A DNA stretch of 5,523 bases from a virus (lineage: Duplodnaviria; Heunggongvirae; Uroviricota; Caudoviricetes): the IMG/VR virus record IMGVR_UViG_2695420565_000012. The stretch is one strand, 5' to 3'. The notes below the pieces were generated by a model, which was not told the DNA's origin, made no database searches, and was given only the letters and a program-made list of their open reading frames with translations. Positions 1 to 4,966 of this stretch are shown one piece after another. Each line of letters begins with the position of its first letter. Position 1 is the first letter of the stretch. Both the position numbers and the translations under genes were made by a program.

Positions 1-169
1 AACTGATAGTCTGCCAGACCCGCCATAACCAGCTGGGTCAGTATTAACTGGCAGCGTTCGCGTGAAAGGTAAGTATTCTGCGCAATCTCCCCGACTGTCG
101 CCGGTTCGGTGACGCTCAATTCATTAAACACCACTCTGGCGGTTTCGGTCATATCTTGCTGTTTTAGCA
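1..169 (-). CDS. 5' portion of a gene running off the left window edge; possible winged-helix/HTH DNA-binding protein
   Basis: ATG at 169..167 (plus-strand cat) preceded by GAAGGGAAAAAGAC. Frame is open to position 1, reading MLKQQDMTETARVVFNELSVTEPATVGEIAQNTYLSRERCQLILTQLVMAGLADYQ... The EIAQNTYLSRERCQLILTQLVMAGL stretch resembles a recognition helix/wing. Not in the ORF track because no stop lies inside the window. Confidence 0.4.
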
Positions 170-292
170 TGTCTTTTTCCCTTCTGGTTAACATGACATA
201 CCAATAACTCTTGTCTAAAAAGCCAGCAAGATAAAAAGTCAGTATTCACGACCACCAGCGTGTTTACTGTACTGCACCAAGTTTACAGGTAC

Positions 293-317
293 AAAAAACC
301 CGCTCAGTGGCGGGTTT
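293..317 (-). terminator. Rho-independent terminator-like hairpin downstream of the 205-aa gene
   Basis: Plus strand reads aaaaaa-CCCGC-tcagtg-GCGGG-ttt. Stem is 299-303 with 310-314 (5 bp GC-rich), loop 6 nt. On the minus-strand transcript the hairpin is followed by U6 (complement of the A-run at 293-298). The plus direction has only a short T-run, so it is weaker that way. Confidence 0.5.
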
Positions 318-446
318 AAGTTGTGTGGCGAAGTAACCACTCTTAACACACTAATAGCATTTTTGTTATAACACAAGTAGCTCATTCAGTATTTTTAGAA
401 TCTTGACTTTCTTAAGCACGGCGAACTCTGAATACCAAACATAAAA

Positions 447-1064
447 TCAATTATCTTCCAGGCCGGATGCTATCAACGAAAGCCTCTCAAAAAACGCTGT
501 AGCAGCCTTGTCCAAAGTTGAATAAGTACTGTATTCTCCGTGTTCGGGACCAACCACTACCCATGGTCGTCTTTTTGGGATTCGGGACTTCTCAGAAATC
601 ACTGTTCCAGATATACCAATATCAATTGTTACACCTGTTATTATTTTCTCTTCATCTCTTTCCCTGAACTCAATTGCCATAAATGCCGTTTTTTTTCGTT
701 TCCCGTTTTTAAAAAAATCAAATAAAGCAAAGCGATGCTCATTAAAATCAACACCCCATCGTCCTTCAGGATAAAGGGCATGAAAGTTGTCATTTACGCT
801 CTGCATCGTCTCATAAGCTTTAACTTTTAAATCTCCATAGTGCATAGATACCGCGCAGGAGTCACTGGGTAACTGTATTTTCCCAAGATTGAAAACCTTT
901 ACTGCTCCAGAACTATGGCATCTTGCCCGCAATTTATCCCCATTTATACTAATCGGAGAAATATTCCTTAATGTTCCGGGCTGGCTCCCTCCTAAGTAAA
1001 CGACTGTTAAAGATTGCTTATTTTCAATTGCATCAACTAATACATGCTCTACATTTTTATCCAT
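447..1064 (-). CDS. Hypothetical protein, 205 aa, AT-rich orphan/moron gene immediately downstream of Q; N-terminal region reminiscent of a WYL/Sm-like beta-barrel
   Basis: ORF-track entry 447..1091. I prefer the internal ATG at 1064..1062 because it has a strong SD (GGGAGG at 1076..1071, 5-nt spacer), whereas the ATG at 1091 has none. Stop TGA at 449..447. Hand count of 601-700 gives 33% G+C versus 50% for 4301-4400 in the Dam gene. N-terminal pattern LTVVYLGGSQPGTLRNISPISINGDKLRARCHSSGAVKVFNLGKI loosely fits the WYL-domain spacing, but this is unverified. Confidence 0.7.
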   Translation of the reverse strand: MDKNVEHVLVDAIENKQSLTVVYLGGSQPGTLRNISPISINGDKLRARCHSSGAVKVFNLGKIQLPSDSCAVSMHYGDLKVKAYETMQSVNDNFHALYPEGRWGVDFNEHRFALFDFFKNGKRKKTAFMAIEFRERDEEKIITGVTIDIGISGTVISEKSRIPKRRPWVVVGPEHGEYSTYSTLDKAATAFFERLSLIASGLEDN

Positions 1065-1139
1065 AATAACCTCCCAATGAACAGGTATCATCAGGAGGTT
1101 ATAATAAAATATGATTATTTACTTTGATTGAATTTATTA

Positions 1140-1511
1140 CTATATGTAACAATCAATTTCTAAAGATGCCCCCAACATTGCCAGACAACCGTCAATAAAC
1201 CCTTCAGCTTTCTGCAGTCTGATAACAACCTGATTAAGTGATATCCCCAGTTTTACCCCCAATACCCGTAATGTAACCCCATACACATAATACATTTCCA
1301 GTAATTCGTATTGATACGGTTCCTTTTTCTTAAGAACTGTCATCGCAGAGCTAATGATCAGGCCATCGTCATCGCTACATTGCGGGCGGGATTTTACTTT
1401 CGAAGGAATTAATCCCTTAAAACCTGCAGCAACAGATGACCATTCCACATCCTCGTGATTATTTGCCACCCATGCCCCCCAACGTTCAAGAACCATTTGA
1501 ATATCACGCAT
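1140..1511 (-). CDS. Late-gene antiterminator Q, phage 82 / QuuD-like family
   Basis: Translation [45 protein letters not shown]...[11 protein letters not shown] closely matches my recollection of E. coli DLP12 QuuD and phage 82 Q ([22 protein letters not shown]...SKVKSRPQC...RLQKAEG). Start taken at ATG 1511..1509 with SD GGAGAAA upstream, rather than the TTG at 1526 used by the ORF track. Stop TAG at 1142..1140. Confidence 0.85.
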   Translation of the reverse strand: [123 protein letters not shown]

Positions 1512-1528
1512 CAACTTTCTCCACAAAA

Positions 1529-2524
1529 TCAGGCCAGCACGCCTATTGCCAGCGCACGATCGATAAAACGAAATATCAGCTCCAGCTGGGAGCCATACTT
1601 CTCTTCAAATGCCACGGTATCCGCATGCAGCTCGTCGTGATGCTTTCTGCACAAAGGCAGCACGAAGAGGTCATGCGCTTTTGTACCCATTCCCCCCTGA
1701 CCGTGGCCTATCAGGTGGTGGGGATCATCAGCAGGCTTTCCACAACATGCACACGGCTGCGTCTTAACCCAGCGCGTGTACTTTTCGTTAACCCAGCGGC
1801 GACGTTTTGGGCGTAACATAAAAGACTCCGGCGACTCCGGATCCACTTTCAGCGCCAGCACCTTTTTCGCTTTATTCTGGATGATGCTGGTGGCCGGAAC
1901 CGAAGGCACAAGGTCACTCTCCCGGGTGACAGACGGCACAACAGGCTTCGGTAATCTCAGTGCCTTACGGGCTGCACTTTCCGGTAAGGCATCCGCCAGA
2001 TCATTACGAACCAGCCACCAGCACAGTTCCGGCATTGTCACAACGTGACTGTCATCAAAACCGAGATCCCGACGCACAACAGACAACACCCAGCGGGCAC
2101 AGTTATCCGTTGCCATTGATTCCAGCCGTTCCGTGAACTGATCGCGCAGCTGGTTATCGCAGTGCCAGCACAGACGGATTGCGCCCGGCGCGTGTCGCAT
2201 TGTGGTCATGTTCTCGCTGTGCCAGTCGGAATGAGGCCACTGGCAACCTTTTTCACGAAGTAACCAGCTTTCAAGACATTCCACGCCACCAGCACGACGG
2301 ATCACTGCCTCATTGCGGAACACGGCCCGAACGGCAGGATCATCCGCCAGCGGTTGTGATGCTGCCGGAACGGCACCACTGGCAAAAGATGAATAACGTT
2401 CCGGCTCAGGCTCCAGCAGGACACGCCCCTGCATAAACAGGGGCATCAGCTCTGAACCGGGTCTGAACAATACGATCCCCATACGCGGGGCAATTTCAGG
2501 GGTCAGTAGTGCTCTCACGGTCAC
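1529..2524 (-). CDS. Prophage protein, DUF968/YdfU-like, with a C-terminal Cys/His motif resembling an HNH-type zinc-binding nuclease fold
   Basis: 331-aa ORF. GTG start at 2524 with GAGG upstream, overlapping the stop of the upstream antirepressor gene (TGAGGTGACCGTG). C-terminus CACCGKPADDPHHLIGHGQGGMGTKAHDLFVLPLCRKHHDELH carries a CxxC...HH...H arrangement. Its position directly upstream of Q matches ydfU-quuQ in the E. coli Qin prophage (from memory). Confidence 0.7.
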   Translation of the reverse strand: MTVRALLTPEIAPRMGIVLFRPGSELMPLFMQGRVLLEPEPERYSSFASGAVPAASQPLADDPAVRAVFRNEAVIRRAGGVECLESWLLREKGCQWPHSDWHSENMTTMRHAPGAIRLCWHCDNQLRDQFTERLESMATDNCARWVLSVVRRDLGFDDSHVVTMPELCWWLVRNDLADALPESAARKALRLPKPVVPSVTRESDLVPSVPATSIIQNKAKKVLALKVDPESPESFMLRPKRRRWVNEKYTRWVKTQPCACCGKPADDPHHLIGHGQGGMGTKAHDLFVLPLCRKHHDELHADTVAFEEKYGSQLELIFRFIDRALAIGVLA

Positions 2525-2525
2525 C

Positions 2526-3341
2526 TCAATGAACGGTATCGAGCAGCTTTAACAGCTCAGGGAATCGGGATTCGAAGAAATGCGGCTGCGTCTCGCGCGG
2601 ATTTGCGGGACTGGTGATGTTCTTGCCGAACATGCAACCTTTCGCTGTCAGCGACCAGAATTTTTTGATGTTGTTAATCGCGGTACGGCTGTATCGTTCG
2701 CGTTGTTCAACGATCCCCAGCTTCGCCATCTGGTGATATGCCTGATTAGCCGTCAGGCGGATACCATACTGCTTCAGCAGTGCACTCAGCGACAGCGTAG
2801 GGCGGCTTGAACCATCTGGCGCATCAGCAGGTGCATCAATGGCATAGATCGGCATAAGTTCAGGAAGACCAGCTACCTTTGATAATTTCTGGTATGCACC
2901 AAGTTTCGAGGAGTTTGACAGATTTAGAGTCTTTGCTGCTGATTCAAGCAGAATGACCCCGGATTTAATTTTGTCGGATGTGGTTTCTTCTGGTGATGAA
3001 TTATGAAGCGCATCAAAAGTACGTATCACTTTTAAGCTGAATGCCGGGCTGATCCACATTGCATATGCATAGACCAGCTCTTTACAGACATACGTCCCAC
3101 CATTGCGCCCCTGAATGGTGATGACAGGAATACTACGGGAATCTCCCGTAGTTTCTTCTTCCAATAATTCCACAAGAGCCTTCGTTTCAGGACGACGCAT
3201 AAACTCGTGAACTTCCAGCGAACGGGAGGAGCGATTCTCACCAGCGGCAAGAAGAGCAGCTTTCTGAAGGTCGTTAAGACAGTAGTTAGATTCGAAGTAC
3301 TGGCGCACAGAAACGCCATCAATTACAAGCAACTGATTCAT
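2526..3341 (-). CDS. Antirepressor-like protein with N-terminal KilA-N domain and ANT-like C-terminal region
   Basis: ORF-track entry 2526..3353 (GTG start). I prefer ATG 3341..3339 (MNQLLVIDGV...) with SD GGAGAA 5 nt upstream. N-terminal VRQYFESNYCLNDLQKAA...GRNGGTYVCKELVYAYAMWISPAFSLKVI fits the KilA-N pattern (G-T-W/Y-V...W-I/L-S-P-x-F). The C-terminal part resembles phage antirepressor C-terminal domains. Confidence 0.8.
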   Translation of the reverse strand: MNQLLVIDGVSVRQYFESNYCLNDLQKAALLAAGENRSSRSLEVHEFMRRPETKALVELLEEETTGDSRSIPVITIQGRNGGTYVCKELVYAYAMWISPAFSLKVIRTFDALHNSSPEETTSDKIKSGVILLESAAKTLNLSNSSKLGAYQKLSKVAGLPELMPIYAIDAPADAPDGSSRPTLSLSALLKQYGIRLTANQAYHQMAKLGIVEQRERYSRTAINNIKKFWSLTAKGCMFGKNITSPANPRETQPHFFESRFPELLKLLDTVH

Positions 3342-3438
3342 TGGTTTCTCCACAAATTTTTATCCACGAGCGGGACTGCACTCCCTTTTCGTTGATGCAG
3401 GATGAACTTACTGCGATTTTTAATAGTTATCAAGGATA

Positions 3439-3458
3439 CACTGTTCATAAATACAGTA
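3439..3458. promoter_or_regulatory. LexA (SOS) box candidate in the rusA-ant intergenic region
   Basis: Plus strand cactgttcataaatacagta has a perfect CTGT-N8-ACAG core with an AT-rich spacer and matches 16 of 20 positions of the consensus TACTGTATATATATACAGTA (counted by hand). It lies about 98 nt upstream of the antirepressor ATG at 3341. Confidence 0.5.
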
Positions 3459-3469
3459 TCTTTAACGAG

Positions 3470-3498
3470 GTAATACCCAAATTTAGGGTGTTGCTCAA
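3470..3498 (-). promoter_or_regulatory. Candidate sigma70 promoter for the antirepressor operon (-35 TTGAGC, 17-nt spacer, -10 TATTAC)
   Basis: Minus strand reads TTGAGC (3498..3493), a 17-nt spacer, then TATTAC (3475..3470). That would put the LexA box at about +5 to +24. An alternative pair, TTGATA-17 nt-TAAGTT, lies just downstream of the box. Prediction by eye only. Confidence 0.25.
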
Positions 3499-3503
3499 TT
3501 CCG

Positions 3504-3899
3504 TTACCGAGTTGCTAATTTGCAACTCGCTTTTTCGTACTTACTGATAGTGATCTCGACCTTCCCCTCCGGGATAACCGGTCCCCACTCCACCAGCATT
3601 CTTTTCACCTGTCTGTCGTCTTCCCACACACCCGCGTGGGTCAGGGCGTCAAACAGCGCCTTGTTATAGTTGTCCAGATCGCGGATCCGGTTATCCGGAG
3701 GAAACAACACGATCTCCACTGAAGCAGGTGCCGACGTTGGTTTCGGCAGACGACGTAACTGCTCAACTATTGCTGCACACGCCGCGCTCTGGAATTTTCG
3801 CCCCGCCGCGCTTATCAGGCTCTTACCAGCAAACGCCCCTTTGTTGGGGTGTCGCCAGTACGTGTTCACGCTGGGCGGAAAAGGCAGTATTAGCTTCAT
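3504..3899 (-). CDS. rusA: Crossover junction endodeoxyribonuclease RusA (Holliday junction resolvase)
   Basis: 131-aa ORF. LPFPPSVNTYWRH and RDLDNYNKALFDALTHAGVWEDDRQV match the RusA N-terminal and catalytic Asp-rich motifs (compare E. coli RusA LPWPPSNNRYYRH...[27 protein letters not shown]). ATG 3899..3897 overlaps the upstream stop as ATGA. Confidence 0.9.
   Translation of the reverse strand: MKLILPFPPSVNTYWRHPNKGAFAGKSLISAAGRKFQSAACAAIVEQLRRLPKPTSAPASVEIVLFPPDNRIRDLDNYNKALFDALTHAGVWEDDRQVKRMLVEWGPVIPEGKVEITISKYEKASCKLATR
3508..3535 (+). terminator. Plus-strand terminator-like hairpin inside the 3' end of rusA
   Basis: cgagttgc (3508-3515), loop taattt, gcaactcg (3522-3529) form an 8-bp stem, followed by cTTTTTcg on the plus strand. 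The minus-strand reading has no U-run. No convincing plus-strand gene lies upstream of it. Confidence 0.3.
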
Positions 3900-4222
3900 A
3901 CTTTCAGGCCCCTCTCATGTAACCAGTGGGCTGCACGCAGCCTGGCGTTTGCCTCACCGGCAAGCAGGGCGCGGATAATCCCGACCGCCTCGCTGTCGTC
4001 GTCCTTCACCGCGGTATGAAGAGTGATACCCCGGGCCACGCCACGCTTTATCGTGATGACACCTTTTTTCTCCAGTGCGCGAAGATGCTCCACCGCTGCA
4101 TTCACCGAACGGTATCCCAGCATGGTTGCCACCTCCTGATTGGTTGGCGGGAAGCCACGTTCTTTCTGATAAGAAATCAGCATATCCAGCACCTGCTGCT
4201 GGCATTGAGTTAATGTCGTCAT
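3896..4222 (-). CDS. LexA-family DNA-binding protein consisting of the LexA N-terminal winged-helix domain only (no S24 peptidase/autocleavage domain)
   Basis: 108 aa. LTQCQQQVLDMLISYQKERGFPPTNQEVATMLGYRSVNAAVEHLRALEKKGVITIKRGVARGITL aligns along its length with the E. coli LexA N-terminus ([65 protein letters not shown]). It is too short to contain the Ala-Gly cleavage site and Ser/Lys dyad domain. SD GGGAG upstream; ATG 4222..4220 overlaps the Dam stop (ATGA). Confidence 0.85.
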   Translation of the reverse strand: MTTLTQCQQQVLDMLISYQKERGFPPTNQEVATMLGYRSVNAAVEHLRALEKKGVITIKRGVARGITLHTAVKDDDSEAVGIIRALLAGEANARLRAAHWLHERGLKV

Positions 4223-4872
4223 GCCGCCATCTCCCTGACCAGTTTTTCCGCCTGCTGGCGAACCTGCGCCAGAAACGCCTCACCACATGCCTCAAGTTCA
4301 TCGCGCCCGATGTAGCTGATTGCCGCTCCCTTCCAGGTCTTGTCGAAAACAGCAATAGCACCAGCGAAGAAAGCACCTGTTGGCACCTGCTTTTCGTCTT
4401 TCGGGATAAACCAGGCTGGCAGTTCAAAACCAATACGCCCGCGAATAAAAGCAATATGATCTGCATCTTCCGGCCACCACACTTCGCTGGTGGCCGCTTT
4501 GATCAGGAAAACATAGCGCCCGCCCTTATCACGCATGGCACTGGCATGTTTCATGATGTAACGCATGCCGGTGATGTATTGCCCCTCATGCTGACTGGCG
4601 CGGCTGTATGGGGGATTACCAAAGGCAGCACCTTTAAGCTCCGCAAGACGTTCTGACCAGTCATGCGCCAGCGCGTTGTCTTCCGCCGTGTAATACGCGG
4701 CACATTTGGCGTTATCACCGTCAGTGAACAGATCCAGAACAAACGGACCAAACAAGGTGTTAATTCCCCAGAAAATGTTGTCCGGCGTGCGCCACTGATC
4801 GCCCACTTCCTTCAGTTCATGGGCTGGTTTGTTCCGCAGTTCTACCAGCGCCTGGCAATATTTATTACTCAT
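4219..4872 (-). CDS. Phage Dam-type DNA N6-adenine methyltransferase
   Basis: Contains FGNPPYSR, the (D/N)PPY catalytic motif of N6-adenine methyltransferases; overall resembles the phage N-6-adenine-methyltransferase family. Start taken at ATG 4872..4870 (MSNKYCQALVELRN...) rather than the GTG at 4917 from the ORF track, because the ATG overlaps the stop of the upstream micro-ORF (TAATG) and follows a GGGGG run. Stop TGA at 4221..4219. Confidence 0.85.
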   Translation of the reverse strand: MSNKYCQALVELRNKPAHELKEVGDQWRTPDNIFWGINTLFGPFVLDLFTDGDNAKCAAYYTAEDNALAHDWSERLAELKGAAFGNPPYSRASQHEGQYITGMRYIMKHASAMRDKGGRYVFLIKAATSEVWWPEDADHIAFIRGRIGFELPAWFIPKDEKQVPTGAFFAGAIAVFDKTWKGAAISYIGRDELEACGEAFLAQVRQQAEKLVREMAA

Positions 4873-4964
4873 TAAGCCCCCACGTAAAAAGCATCCGCAA
4901 TGTCTCCGGAAGTACACCCCGGATGGGCTTCAATGAATTTCTGAACTTCATTCAAAAGACTCAT
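4872..4964 (-). CDS. Possible 30-aa micro-ORF translationally coupled between the upstream ORF and Dam
   Basis: ATG 4964..4962 lies 2 nt after the upstream TGA stop (TGATCATGA). It reads MSLLNEVQKFIEAHPGCTSGDIADAFYVGA, and its TAA stop overlaps the Dam ATG (TAATG). Not in the ORF track (too short). No recognisable family. Confidence 0.3.
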   Translation of the reverse strand: MSLLNEVQKFIEAHPGCTSGDIADAFYVGA

Positions 4965-4966
4965 GA

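Noticed and set aside
266-289. CTGT...ACAG inverted repeat considered as a second LexA box
   Set aside because: The half-sites are separated by 14 nt, not the 8 nt required for LexA dimers.
1093-1130. Perfect AGGAGG on the plus strand followed by an ATG (1111) encoding only MIIYFD
   Set aside because: Six codons then a stop, and the spacer of about 12 nt is long. The AGGAGG is more simply the complement of sequence near the first in-frame ATG of the minus-strand orphan gene, so it is probably coincidental.
1436-2436. Plus-strand ORFs 1436..1816, 1455..1640, 1776..2048 and 2179..2436
   Set aside because: All lie antisense to the Q and DUF968-like genes, with no SD sequences and biased shadow-ORF composition.
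2580-3395. Plus-strand ORFs 2580..2810 and 3207..3395, and minus-strand ORF 3032..3322
   Set aside because: They overlap the KilA-N antirepressor gene on the opposite strand or in an alternative frame, and have no motifs or translation signals.
3341-3547. 68-aa plus-strand ORF spanning the rusA-ant intergenic region
   Set aside because: No SD before its ATG, and it runs through the LexA box, the candidate promoter and the hairpin. More likely regulatory DNA than coding; a small plus-strand RNA cannot be excluded.
3954-4466. 170-aa minus-strand ORF overlapping the LexA-like and Dam genes in another frame
   Set aside because: Arginine-rich low-complexity translation (…RGEGRRQRGGRDYPRPACR) with no start context; the overlapping frames carry recognisable LexA and NPPY motifs.
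4075-4656. 193-aa plus-strand ORF
   Set aside because: Lies entirely antisense to the Dam methyltransferase and LexA-like genes, which have clear family motifs and SD sequences. Its Pro/Arg/Leu-rich composition is typical of a shadow ORF opposite GC-rich coding sequence.
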